Notes: generated from the sequence alone by a model not told the origin. DNA of 63,977 nt, filler included, from Candidatus Rokuibacteriota bacterium (GCA_031406795.1; 7 parts of 7 records of this genome joined end to end with filler, not necessarily neighbours in it), one strand, 5' to 3'; shown: positions 51,115-61,148, numbered from the whole stretch's first letter. Numbers and translations: made by a program.

Positions 51115-51365
51115 ACGGAGAGGCTGCTCAAAAGGGTCCAGGTGCAAGGAAGGCGACAAGCAGATGCCGAGACGCACTGGTGTGCGTCGCAGGCAGATGA
51201 GCGAAGCCTGACGCCGCAGATGAGCCCTTTTCAGCGGCCGTTACGGTCACGGAGAGGTTGCTCAAAAGGGTTCAGGTGCAAGGAAGGCGACAAGCAGATG
51301 CCGAGGCGGGCTGGTGCCCGTCGCAGGCAGATGCGCGAAGGGCAACGCCGCAGCTGAGCCCTTTT
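51115..51365 (+). repeat. Two tandem family A repeats (51115-51241 and 51250-51365, second cut by contig end)
   Basis: ACGGAGAGG(C/T)TGCTCAAAAGGGT(C/T)CAGGTGCAAGGAAGGCGACAAGCAGATGCCGAG repeated. Confidence 0.88.
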
Positions 51366-51465
51366 NNNNNNNNNNNNNNNNNNNNNNNNNNNNNNNNNNN
51401 NNNNNNNNNTTAATTAATTAANNNNNNNNNNNNNNNNNNNNNNNNNNNNNNNNNNNNNNNNNNNN
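51366..51465. other. Artificial contig linker
   Basis: N-run + TTAATTAATTAA + N-run. Confidence 0.99.
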
Positions 51466-52066
51466 CGCGGGCGTCGATAGCGGCGCCAGCCGCGAGAAGT
51501 GCCTCGACAACTCCGGTGTGATCCAACGCCGCCGCGAGCATCAGCGGTGTGAAGCTAAGGGTGTCCGCAACACTGGTGTCGGCACCTCGCTCCAGAAGCA
51601 CGACGAGGCTTGCTTTCTTTCCTTTCATCGCGGCGTGTGACAGCGCAGACTCCCCACGGTCATCCCGCGCTTCGATCTTTGCCCCCTTGTCTAGCAACAG
51701 CTTGACCATGTCGGCATGGTCAAGGCCAGCTGCGAACATCAGAGCGGTCTGCTTCTCGCGCGTTCGTTCATCGACGTTGCGCCGGTGGGACACGAGTTCC
51801 AAAACTTTCGCAGTGTCATTTCGGATCGTAGCAGCGACCATGTCAGGCGTCGCTGGGTCTTGCAGGTATAGTGCCGTCCACTTCGGAAGTGGCGGCTTGA
51901 TATCTTGGGCCGTGGCCGCCGCTGGCACTCCTGCCGACGAAGTCGACGTTTGAGAGTCTCGCGGGTCTTCCCCGCCCCATACGGGAACTGCCCTAGCTGC
52001 AAGGATTCCCAAAATCAAAAGAGTTGTCTTGATCAAAGCGTAATGTGTAAATCGGTTCCTCATCAT
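51466..52066 (-). CDS. Exported ankyrin-repeat protein (3' truncated)
   Basis: Signal peptide; TALMFAA, SALSHAA, TPLMLAA with LL..GA repeats. Confidence 0.88.
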
Positions 52067-52242
52067 GGTCTCCTCCTCAGAAAACTGAATACGCACACAA
52101 CGTGCCATCTAATGCCGGACTGACTGATGGTTAGATTTTACAAGTATTGCCCTTTGAAAAGGGGAAAAACAAGAGTGCGTCTGAGTCGCACCTTCCAAAT
52201 AATGGACGGAAAATCCAGAAGTTGTATGGAAAGCGCTAGCAC

Positions 52243-52550
52243 TCACCCCATCCCCCATGGTCATGATCGCCGCCTTCGTTGGTGAGTCGTAGAACTGCCA
52301 CTGGATCGCGGTGAGAATGGCGTCCGGGACTTCGGCGAGGTCGCGCTTGTTCTCGCTTGGGATGAGGATGCGCTTGGCGCCTGCTTCGACGGCAAGCTGC
52401 ATGCGCTCGGGGAGCGAGGCGACCTTGAGTAACATTCCCTGCACGCTCATCTCGCCAAGGACGACAGTTCGATCGAGAACGGGCTTCCCCAGGATTGCCG
52501 ACACCAGGGAGATGAAGAAGGCGACGGCGGTCTCGCAGCCTTCTTTGGCC
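52243..52550 (-). pseudogene. brxL: C-terminal Lon-like fragment of BREX BrxL, truncated at the IS3 end
   Basis: VAFFISLVSAILGKPV..VVLGEMSVQG..LQLA-like MQLAVEAGAKRILIPSENKRDL..VP..QFYDSP matches the BrxL C-terminus; no start codon. Confidence 0.72.
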
Positions 52551-52604
52551 TGGAGTTGACCCGCTTTGGTGGACACCTTACGGTTTGGACAGGAGGTGTT
52601 CGTC

Positions 52605-52925
52605 ATGGGAGGAAAGACAAGGCCGCCGTACCCCGCAGAGTACCGTGCCTGGATAATGGAGTTGGCCCGGGCCGGGAGGAGGAACCCCGAGGAGCTGGCG
52701 AAGGAGTTCGAACCCACCGGCCAGACCATCCGGAACTGGCTGCAGCAGGATGACCGCGACAGCGGGCGGCGACAGGATGGCCTGACCACGGCCGAGCGGG
52801 AAGAACTGGTCAAGCTGCGCCGGGAATGCCGCCGGCTCCGTGAAGAGCGGGAAATCTTGGCAAAAGCAGCAGCCTGGTTCGCTCGGGAGACCGGCTCGAT
52901 ACCCCCGAAGTCTTCGAGTTCGTGA
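52605..52925 (+). CDS. IS3 transposase OrfA
   Basis: YPAEYR, HTH (LAKEF..TIRNW), leucine zipper, EREILAKAAAWFA with AAAAG shift motif. Confidence 0.9.
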   Translation: MGGKTRPPYPAEYRAWIMELARAGRRNPEELAKEFEPTGQTIRNWLQQDDRDSGRRQDGLTTAEREELVKLRRECRRLREEREILAKAAAWFARETGSIPPKSSSS

Positions 52926-53769
52926 GAGCTAACCAGGTCAAATGGAAAGTCGCCGCGAAGTGCCGGATTCTGGGCGTCTCCCCCAGCGGCTACTATGCGT
53001 GGAATCACCGTCCGCCCTCTCGACGACGGATCGAGGATGAGAAACTCACCTTGGCGATCAAGGATTGGCATGCCGGCTCCCGAGGCACCTACGGATCGCC
53101 CCGGATTCTCGAGGACCTCCGGGAACAGGGCTGGCGGGTCGGCCGCAAGCGGGTGGCTCGTCTGATGCGTGCTGCGGGCTTGCGCGGCGTCTGCAGGCGC
53201 AAATGGGTCACCACCACGGTTCGTGACCTGCGCGTGCGCCCTGCCGAGGATCTGGTGCACCGTCAGTTCGCGGCGACCGCGCCGGATCAGCTATGGATCG
53301 CCGACATCACGTACATTCCGACCTGGGCCGGCTTTCTCTACCTGGCGGTGGTTCTCGACATGTTTAATCGCCGCGTCATCTACTGGGCCATGGCGACGCA
53401 CCTGCGAACAGAGTTGGTTCTCGATGCACTGGATATGGCTCTCGGGCGCCGCCGCCCTCTTGACGTCATCCACCACTCGGACCAGGCTGCCAGTACACCT
53501 CGATCGCCTTCGGAAAGCGCTGCCGGGAATCCGGGGTGCGACCCTCGATGGGATCGGTGGGCGACTGCTTCGACAACGCCGCCGCCGAGAGCTTTTTCGC
53601 CACCCTGGAGTGCGAGCTGCTCGATCGCACCAAGTTCCGCTCTCAGGCCGAGGCGCGGATGGCCGTCTTCGACTTCATCGAGGGTTTCTACAACACGCGC
53701 CGCCGTCACTCTAGCCTCGGTTACCTCTCACCCTTGGAGTTCGAAAGAAGGTATGCTCTTACCGCTTGA
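52922..53769 (+). pseudogene. IS3 transposase OrfB with a 1-nt frameshift near 53485
   Basis: YGSPR, WIADITY, HHSDQ, then the frame changes to CQYTS...DNAAAESFF...RRHSSLGYLSP (GACCAGGCTGCCAG lacks one G). Confidence 0.88.
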
Positions 53770-53844
53770 CCGGATCAAACCCCTTACCCGTCCACGAAAG
53801 CGGGGTAACTCCAATCCACTTCAATTCATAACCACCACAAGTGC

Positions 53845-53880
53845 AAAGAAAAGCCCCCGCCAGGGCGAACGACGGGGGCT
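53845..53880 (-). terminator. Rho-independent terminator
   Basis: AGCCCCCG/CGGGGGCT stem followed by TTTCTTT on the minus strand, after the 53917 stop. Confidence 0.7.
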
Positions 53881-53916
53881 AAATCCAACATCAGTCCAAC
53901 AACGATATCGCTAACG

Positions 53917-54483
53917 TCAAAATTTCATCTGCATTGCAAAAACCAGATTAGATTTGTTCCGAGGATCTGAGTCGGTGCCACTCAAAAGTTCCTTCTTCAT
54001 AGAATCCTCGGAAAGCAGGGAATCAGGATAGAAGAAGCGCCGACTCGCGCTCAAGTCCGTGTAGCCGAGGTAAGTGACGGCGATTCCAACGAGCGCGGGG
54101 ACTATCCCAGCGCCAAAGGAGTCGCTCATCACCAGGATTCCAACTGTGGCAGTCCCCATGCCGACCGCGAGTTCTGCAAGTCCGAGCGTCCGAAGAGTTC
54201 TTGCCTCCCACTCCTTGGTTTGAGATTGACTACCCACACTGCCTCGTTGATCCTCGAAGAGGCCGGGTTTGGCGGCGCTCGCGAACTGAGCGCCGGCGGG
54301 CAACGTCAATCCAGCCATTCTCGATTGAAGAGGTTCCTGATCATCGGTTCTGTCCATAACCACCCCTGCTTCATCCAGGGGTGACGATGCAATCTGGCCT
54401 GGAGCCCCGTATGACAGTCCAGTCAGAGAAAGAATAGCAATAAATATGGGTAGGTTTGCCAGTACGAGCCACTTTTTCGACAT
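53917..54483 (-). CDS. Hypothetical exported/membrane protein
   Basis: Signal-like N-terminus, two Gly-rich hydrophobic helices, C-terminal strand ending F; AAGGGGG RBS. Confidence 0.6.
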   Translation of the reverse strand: MSKKWLVLANLPIFIAILSLTGLSYGAPGQIASSPLDEAGVVMDRTDDQEPLQSRMAGLTLPAGAQFASAAKPGLFEDQRGSVGSQSQTKEWEARTLRTLGLAELAVGMGTATVGILVMSDSFGAGIVPALVGIAVTYLGYTDLSASRRFFYPDSLLSEDSMKKELLSGTDSDPRNKSNLVFAMQMKF

Positions 54484-54584
54484 TGTTGCCCCCTTGGTGT
54501 TTGCCTGTTCCCTACTGGAATCGCCTTGGACGCCCAAATACAAATACGCTGCCGAGCGGCCGCCTTGCCTCGATGTCTGTTCCA

Positions 54585-54845
54585 TTAACTCAGCCCAAGG
54601 CACCTCCTTCTCCGCTTCGAGACAGTAACGGGCGATGGAAGTCTTCCGCCACTCCCTTTCATATTCATGGGATTAAGCGGACTACTATCAACAAAATCCA
54701 TGTACTTTCCGATCAATCCACTTCTGCCGCTATTGGCTTCTTTCTTGTTGCTGCTTGCGATGATATTTTTATCCGCCGCGATTAAAGTCATTGGTGCTAA
54801 CAGGGTGATGATGCAAATAAATATCCTCAGTATTCCGCTTTTCAT
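54585..54845 (-). CDS. Small exported hypothetical protein, possibly a degraded gene
   Basis: GGGGAGG RBS and clear signal peptide; remainder uninformative. Confidence 0.4.
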   Translation of the reverse strand: MKSGILRIFICIITLLAPMTLIAADKNIIASSNKKEANSGRSGLIGKYMDFVDSSPLNPMNMKGSGGRLPSPVTVSKRRRRCLGLS

Positions 54846-54872
54846 TGCATTGACCTCCCCCGATAAGCTTTC

Positions 54873-54972
54873 NNNNNNNNNNNNNNNNNNNNNNNNNNNN
54901 NNNNNNNNNNNNNNNNTTAATTAATTAANNNNNNNNNNNNNNNNNNNNNNNNNNNNNNNNNNNNNNNNNNNN
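54873..54972. other. Artificial contig linker
   Basis: N-run + TTAATTAATTAA + N-run. Confidence 0.99.
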
Positions 54973-55418
54973 CCCTGCGCCCGCTGCACGGCGGTGGTCA
55001 GGGAGCTGAGCGAGCCGGCTTCCACGCTGATGAAATCCATGTACTTGACGAAGCCCGAATACAGCACGTTGCGGCCGTAGGCGGCCTTGATGATCACCGC
55101 GGAGTCGGGCACCGCGGACAACATCAGCGGACCGTCCATGCGGCTGCGGTGGTTGACGACGTAGACCGCCGGCCCCGCGGAACGGGCCCGCTCCAGACCC
55201 GAGAGCTCGCGGACGCGGTAGACCCCGAGAAAGGGCAGGTAGACACGGGAGAGAAAATAGACATACCACCGGAAGATGCCGTGGATGAACCGGTGCCGCA
55301 GCCCCGGAAAAGGCGCCAGCACGAAGTAGACCGGCACCACGATTACGGTGAAGATCACGTGGCCCGAGAAGTAGAACAGGTAGCCGATGAAGGCGGCCAG
55401 GGGCGTAAGGCTCATCAC
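54973..55418 (-). CDS. Lysophospholipid acyltransferase (PlsC family), 3' truncated
   Basis: N-terminal TM, V.GLE, VYVVNHRSRMD (HX4D). Confidence 0.85.
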
Positions 55419-55508
55419 CGGTTGAGTTTCCCGCCGCTGGCGGCGAAAGTCAACATCGGTGCTATGATCGGCCCCGGTGGTAGAGCTCCGCGCGGCTGGG
55501 GAAAAGGC

Positions 55509-56798
55509 ATGAAGATCTATTTCATCTGGGCCGGCTGGGAAAAACTGTACAAGCTCAACTACAACATCCCGCCGTTGGGCATCCTGCGGGTCGCCGGCGA
55601 GACGCCGCCCGCGATTCCGATCTCCTTCACCGACGAAACGGTCTCCGCCATCGATTTCGACGCCGATGCGGATGTCGTCGCATTATCCTTCCTGACGCCG
55701 GCCGCCGGTCGGGCGTATGAAATCGCCGCGCAGTTCCGGCAACGGGGAAAATACGTCGTGTTCGGCGGCACGCACGCCACGATCATGCCGCAGCAGTGCG
55801 CCGAACACGCCGACACGGTCTTCATCGGGGAAGCGGAGGGCCTGTGGACCCGGTTCCTGGCCGATTATGCGGCGGGAACGCCGCAGAAGACCTATTGCCA
55901 CGCTCAGTTCCCCCGGCTCGACAACCTGGCGCCGGTACCCCGACACCTGCTGAAGACGCACATCTACCCCTACGAGAGCCCTTTTCCCGTCGGGATCGAA
56001 TCGGTGGAACTGTCGCGGGGCTGCACCTCCCGGTGCGCCTACTGCACGGTGCCGATCACGCAGGGGCCGCTCTTCCGCAACCGGCCGCTGGCGGAGATCA
56101 CCGCGGAGTTCGCCTCCATCGCGCCTACCGGCGGCATCATCTTCTTCACGGACAACAATCTGCTCGGCAACAAGGCGTTCACGCGCGGCGCGCTGGAGGC
56201 GCTGATCCCCTTCGAGAAGGACTGGATCGGGTTGCTGGCCCCGGAGGAAACCGCGGCGGATCCGGAGACGCTCGACCTGATGGTGCGCAGCGGGTTGTGC
56301 GGCATCTACGGCACGGTCAAGGCCATCACCGGCCGCGAGACCCAACAGGAGTTGGAGACCCGGAGCGCCTCGCTGAAGCGGCTGATGGACCTGGGGATCG
56401 TCGTAATCGCCACCTTCGCGCTGGGCTGGGACGACCACGACGAGTCGGTTTTCGACCGGACTCTGGAATTCTGCCGTCGATCCGGGTTGCAGGTGCCCGA
56501 ATTCATCATCAACACACCCTTCCCCGGTTCCCGGCTGTTCAAAAAGTACACAGCGGAGAACCGGGTCCTGACGCTGGATTGGGGGAAGTACAACGGGAAC
56601 TACGCGGTCTTCCGGCCGGCGAAGATGTCCCCTGAACGGCTCGAGGCCGGCTACCACCACTGCTATGACCAGTTCTACCGGGAAGTCGACCGCGACAAGG
56701 CCCTGTTCGAGGGGTTTCGCGGTCGCGTCATGAAAGCATTCATCCGGGCCGGTCGAAATACGGCCGCCAGGAATCCCCCGCGACGTTCCCGCGCCTGA
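55509..56798 (+). CDS. B12-binding-domain radical SAM protein
   Basis: PPLGI, VVFGGTHAT, GEAE, SRGCTSRCAYC, FFTDNN, TPFPGS. Confidence 0.92.
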   Translation: MKIYFIWAGWEKLYKLNYNIPPLGILRVAGETPPAIPISFTDETVSAIDFDADADVVALSFLTPAAGRAYEIAAQFRQRGKYVVFGGTHATIMPQQCAEHADTVFIGEAEGLWTRFLADYAAGTPQKTYCHAQFPRLDNLAPVPRHLLKTHIYPYESPFPVGIESVELSRGCTSRCAYCTVPITQGPLFRNRPLAEITAEFASIAPTGGIIFFTDNNLLGNKAFTRGALEALIPFEKDWIGLLAPEETAADPETLDLMVRSGLCGIYGTVKAITGRETQQELETRSASLKRLMDLGIVVIATFALGWDDHDESVFDRTLEFCRRSGLQVPEFIINTPFPGSRLFKKYTAENRVLTLDWGKYNGNYAVFRPAKMSPERLEAGYHHCYDQFYREVDRDKALFEGFRGRVMKAFIRAGRNTAARNPPRRSRA

Positions 56799-56908
56799 CC
56801 CGGTGCTGCTTGACACCGGCGAACCGGTGAGGTATTCAGTGTCGCTTCCTCCAGCCCCGCGGGCCGATACGGGCGCCGCGCCGCCGGAGGGCATATACTG
56901 AAACCGCG

Positions 56909-59900
56909 ATGAAAGTCACCTTCGTTTATCCGAGATTCGAGAAGTTCCTCTCCGGCCTCCCGGAGCTGGATTCCGGCCTGGTCGACTACTTCCTCGGGAA
57001 CTTCACCACCCCGCCGTCGCTCGGCATCCCGATCCTGGCCGCGCTGACCCCGGCCGATATCGAGGTCGAGTTCGTCGACGACAACGGCGGCATGCCGCTC
57101 GACTACGACGCCCCCACCGATCTGGTGGCGATCAACTGCTTCACCCCGCAGGCGACCCGGGCGTTCGAGATCGCCGACGGTTTCCGGGCCCGCGGACGCC
57201 AGGTCATCATGGGCGGCTTCTTCCCGTCGTTCATGGCGGAGGAGTGCCTGAAGCACGCCGACTCGGTCAACATCGGCGAGGGGGAGCCGACCTGGCCGCT
57301 GATCCTGGAGGACGCCCGGCGCGGGATGCTCAAGCCGAAGTACCACGGCGGCCACAGCTTCGACCTCGCGAAGATGCCCATTCCCCGCCGGGAGGTCTTC
57401 TACGGCGTGGAGACCTACGACTGGGACGAGGACCTGGTGCAGGTCACCCGGGGGTGCTCCTACGGCTGCCACATGTGCGCGATCCCGGCGCACATGGGCA
57501 ACCGGATCCGCTTCCGCCCGATCGAGAAGGTCGTCGAGGAGATCCGGGGCCTCAAGCACGAGAACGTCTACCTCGCCGACGACTCCCTGTTCTTCCCGCA
57601 GCGCCGCACGCGCGAGTACGCCGAGGCCCTCTTCCGGGCGCTCGAGCCGCTGGGAAAGAAGTATTTCGTCTCCTCGACGATGGCGCTGAACGTCGACCCG
57701 GCGTTCCTCGACCTGGCCGTCAAGGCCGGCATGCGCAACTTCTACTGCACGATGAACGTCGACCCGGTGTCGATCAAGGCCCTCCAGGGCGAGGAGCGCG
57801 AGCGCCGCCTGCTGGCCGACCTGGTCCGGGCCATCGAGGACCGGGGGGCGCGCTTCTTCGCCTCCTGCGCCATCGGCCGCGACTGGGACGGCCCGAACAT
57901 CGGCGAACGCGTGCTGGAGCTCTTCGACGCCGCCGGCATCCGCACCGCCGAGTTCTTCCTCTTCACCCCGTACCCGGGGACGCCGCTCTGGGACCGCCTC
58001 GAGCGCCAGGGGCGGATCATCGACCGCACCTGGTCCCACTACAACGGCGCCCATGTCGTCACCCGCCCGCTGGCGATGACCCCCGAGCAGTTGCGCGAGG
58101 AGTTTCTGCTCGTCTGGCGGGAGTTCTTCAAGCGACAGAAGGAGCGGCACGCCACGCACCTGGAGCCGGCGACCTGGAAGGAGGGCCGGCAAGTGGTCGG
58201 CAAGCCGCTGCGGCAGCAGGGGGTCGAGAACCAGGCGGTGATCACGGGGATCGGCCTGCTGAGCCCGATCGGCAACGACCCGGAGACCGTCACCGAATCG
58301 CTGCGCACCGGCCGCCACGGCATCGTGCCGATCACCCGGTTCGACGCCAGCTTCTTCCGCTCCAACCTGGTCGGCGAGGTGCCCCTCGACCCGACGCTCG
58401 GGCTGGACGACCCCGAACTGGCGCAGTTCGACGATCCGTACCTGCGCTTCGCCGTCGTGACCGCCCGGCGGGCCCTGCGCGACGCCGGAGTGGCGACCGA
58501 CCCGCGGGCGCCGCGTTCGGACATCGCGATGGTGCTCGGCACCTGCAACGGCGGCCTGCGTTCCGGCGAGGCGGAGTACGCCTGGAAACACGGCAAGAGC
58601 GGGACGGCCTTCGACGAGCGGATGAACCTTCAGGCCCAGTTCTACGGGTTCGGCAAGGCCATGGCCAACGCGCTCGGACTCGGCGCCGAAGCCTGGGTCG
58701 TGACGACCGCCTGCTCTTCCACGACGGCCGCGCTCGGTCTGGCGCAGCTGCTGATTAACCGGGGCCACTTCAACACCGTCCTGGTGGGCGGCGCCGACGT
58801 GCTCTGCGTGGCCAACATGGCCGGCTTCGACGCCCTCAAGGCCACCTCCCCGGGGCGCATGGCCCCCTTCTCCCAGCCCTGCGGGATCAACATCGGCGAG
58901 GCGGCCTGCTTCTGGGTGATCGAGAACATGGAGCAGGCGCTGCTGCGCAAGGCGCGCCTCATCGGCCGTCTGGCCGGCCACGCCACCACCGCCGACGCCT
59001 ACCACCCGACCAGCCCGGACCCGCGCGGCGGTGGCGTCTACCGGACCCTGCGCGACGCGCTGGCCGACTCCGGGCTGCCGCTCGAGCAGATCGGCGCGAT
59101 CAACGCCCACGGCAGCGGGACCGAGGCCAACGACCGGGCCGAGTCCAAGGGAATCCAGAAGTTCCTCGGCGAACACTGCGTGCCGGTGGTCTCGACCAAG
59201 TCCTTCTTCGGGCACTGCATGGGCGCCACCGGCATCCTCGAAACCACCTGTCAGCTGCTGGCCATGAACGCCGGCTTCATCCCGCCCACGCTGAACTTCG
59301 GCGAGGCCCGCCCGGGATGCACGCTCGACTACGTGCCGAACGAGGCGCGCCCGGCCGACTACCCGGCCTTCGTGTCGGCCAACTACGCCTTCGGCGGCAA
59401 CAACGCCGCCGTCGTGGTGACCCGTTGGGACCACCCGACGCCCCCCCGGCCGCGACGCTGCGGCCGGGTGGTCATCACCGGTCTCGGGACGGTCACCGCG
59501 GCCGGGATCGGAACGGCCCGCCTGCTCGAGGCGCTGCGGGAGGGCCGCACCGGCGTGGCGCCGGTGACGCGGTTCCCGCTGCCGGCGCAGATCCGCTCGC
59601 GCATGGCGGGGATGGTCGAGCCGTTCCGCGAAGCCGCCGTCGACCGCCGCCTGGATTTCTCGTCGCTCAACGACATCAGCCGCTACGCGGTGTCCGCGGC
59701 GAAGCTCGCCCTCGACGACGCCCGCCTGCGCGTCGGCCAGGCCAACGCCGATCGGGTCGGCGTGACGATGGGGGTCTGCAACGGCACCGCGGAGACGGCC
59801 CACATGGACAGCGTCTTCGGCAGCGACACCTGCACCGGGCAGGTCAGCAGCTTCTCCAACATCGTGCCCAACTCCACGGCCGGCTGGGTCTCGGCGTCGC

Positions 59901-60664
59901 TCCAGCTCCGCGGGGTGAATTGCACGCTGGCCGCCGGCCCGCACGCCGGGCTCCAGAGCCTGGCCTACGCCTACGAGGCGCTCGCCGAGGAGCGAGCGCT
60001 TGCCGTCGTGGCCGCGGCGTCCGACGAGATCTACCCCCAGACTTACTACAACTACGACACCATGGATTTTCTCTATCAGGGGGCGAAGGAGGAGGAGTTC
60101 CGGATCAGACCGGAGGAGAGCAAGCGCAAGGTCCTCGGCGAGGGTGCCGCGGCGCTCGTGCTGGAGGCCGCGGCGGCGGCGCTGGAGCGGGGCGCGCCGA
60201 TACTCGCCGAGGTCCTGGGCCAGGGGATGACCATGGACACCGGGGGCTTTCTGGAGCCGAACCTCGACCCGGAAGGGCTCTGCCGGGCCATCGAACTGGC
60301 TCTGGACCGGGCCGCGGCCACGCCCGACCAGGTCGACCTGCTGGTCTGGGCGCCCCAGGGGAACCGTCAGGACATCAAGGTGCTGGAGGCCTGCCGGAAG
60401 GTCTTCGGCGACCGGTTTGCCGACCTGCCGCTTGCCGGAGCCACAGCCGCCACCGGCTTCATCGAGTCGGCTTCGATCCTGGTCAGCCTTGCCGCGACCC
60501 TCCAGGCGCTCAAGGAGGGAACGAACCTCTGGCCGGCCAAGACGGGCCTCACAGAGCTTGATGGCCGGCAACTCAAGGCCGCCCCCCGGCTGATCATGGC
60601 AGTAGCGAGCAGCGACGTCGGTTACAACTTCTCGGTGGTGCTCCGCAACGGCTGGGCGGGGTAG
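56909..60664 (+). CDS. Fusion: B12-radical SAM + active beta-ketoacyl-ACP synthase + inactive KS (CLF-like)
   Basis: aa 1-~440 B12/rSAM (TRGCSYGCHMC); ~442-850 KS with TACSS, NAHGSGT, KSFFGH, AFGGNN; ~852-1251 KS fold lacking the Cys-His-His triad. Confidence 0.92.
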   Translation: MKVTFVYPRFEKFLSGLPELDSGLVDYFLGNFTTPPSLGIPILAALTPADIEVEFVDDNGGMPLDYDAPTDLVAINCFTPQATRAFEIADGFRARGRQVIMGGFFPSFMAEECLKHADSVNIGEGEPTWPLILEDARRGMLKPKYHGGHSFDLAKMPIPRREVFYGVETYDWDEDLVQVTRGCSYGCHMCAIPAHMGNRIRFRPIEKVVEEIRGLKHENVYLADDSLFFPQRRTREYAEALFRALEPLGKKYFVSSTMALNVDPAFLDLAVKAGMRNFYCTMNVDPVSIKALQGEERERRLLADLVRAIEDRGARFFASCAIGRDWDGPNIGERVLELFDAAGIRTAEFFLFTPYPGTPLWDRLERQGRIIDRTWSHYNGAHVVTRPLAMTPEQLREEFLLVWREFFKRQKERHATHLEPATWKEGRQVVGKPLRQQGVENQAVITGIGLLSPIGNDPETVTESLRTGRHGIVPITRFDASFFRSNLVGEVPLDPTLGLDDPELAQFDDPYLRFAVVTARRALRDAGVATDPRAPRSDIAMVLGTCNGGLRSGEAEYAWKHGKSGTAFDERMNLQAQFYGFGKAMANALGLGAEAWVVTTACSSTTAALGLAQLLINRGHFNTVLVGGADVLCVANMAGFDALKATSPGRMAPFSQPCGINIGEAACFWVIENMEQALLRKARLIGRLAGHATTADAYHPTSPDPRGGGVYRTLRDALADSGLPLEQIGAINAHGSGTEANDRAESKGIQKFLGEHCVPVVSTKSFFGHCMGATGILETTCQLLAMNAGFIPPTLNFGEARPGCTLDYVPNEARPADYPAFVSANYAFGGNNAAVVVTRWDHPTPPRPRRCGRVVITGLGTVTAAGIGTARLLEALREGRTGVAPVTRFPLPAQIRSRMAGMVEPFREAAVDRRLDFSSLNDISRYAVSAAKLALDDARLRVGQANADRVGVTMGVCNGTAETAHMDSVFGSDTCTGQVSSFSNIVPNSTAGWVSASLQLRGVNCTLAAGPHAGLQSLAYAYEALAEERALAVVAAASDEIYPQTYYNYDTMDFLYQGAKEEEFRIRPEESKRKVLGEGAAALVLEAAAAALERGAPILAEVLGQGMTMDTGGFLEPNLDPEGLCRAIELALDRAAATPDQVDLLVWAPQGNRQDIKVLEACRKVFGDRFADLPLAGATAATGFIESASILVSLAATLQALKEGTNLWPAKTGLTELDGRQLKAAPRLIMAVASSDVGYNFSVVLRNGWAG

Positions 60665-60812
60665 CGTCACCTTTCCCCTCCTCTTCCTGGTTTGCGTCAA
60701 AGAATCGAATCAGATCCGTTGATAATCTGACGAATATCGGTCATAATTTACCGATTACGGGAAACAACATGACGCTTCGCGGATAACGGCACGAGAGGAA
60801 ATCACGGGGACC

Positions 60813-61048
60813 ATGGGGAACGAAGATTTTCAGGGGCTCATCGATCGCCGGGCGGCGATCATCAATACGCTCAAACCGGAGCTGATCAAGCGGTTCAACC
60901 TGCCCTACACTCCGGAAGATCTCCACGAGGATGTCTCGCTGCTCGGCTCCGGGCTCGGGCTCGACTCCCTGGACGCGCTGGAGATCGTGCTGTGCGTCGA
61001 GAGCTGCTTCAAGGTCAAGGTGCCCGACAACAGCATGTCGATCCTGCG
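60813..61048 (+). CDS. Acyl carrier protein (3' truncated)
   Basis: GLGLDSLDALEIV phosphopantetheine Ser motif; acidic helices. Confidence 0.9.
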
Positions 61049-61148
61049 NNNNNNNNNNNNNNNNNNNNNNNNNNNNNNNNNNNNNNNNNNNNTTAATTAA
61101 TTAANNNNNNNNNNNNNNNNNNNNNNNNNNNNNNNNNNNNNNNNNNNN
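61049..61148. other. Artificial contig linker
   Basis: N-run + TTAATTAATTAA + N-run. Confidence 0.99.

Larger units (their letters stand above)
52551..53813 (+). mobile_element. IS3-family insertion sequence, 1263 bp, probably inactive
   Basis: TG...CA ends; TIRs TGGAGTTGACCCGCTTTGGTGGAC / GTCCACGAAAGCGGGGTAACTCCA (21/24); orfA+orfB; no target duplication. Confidence 0.95.

Noticed and set aside
52109-53260. 383-aa minus-strand ORF appearing to give BrxL an N-terminus
   Set aside because: The N-terminal part is antisense IS3 sequence, not a real fusion
56810-56838. TTGACA-N17-TATTCA upstream of the rSAM-KS fusion
   Set aside because: Good -35 but the -10 lacks the conserved final T; not enough to call a promoter
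56675-60700. 1341-aa antisense ORF and many other long alternative-frame ORFs (e.g. 15609-18500, 39263-41932)
   Set aside because: Shadow ORFs from high GC3 on the coding strand; Arg/Gly/Ala-rich with no motifs
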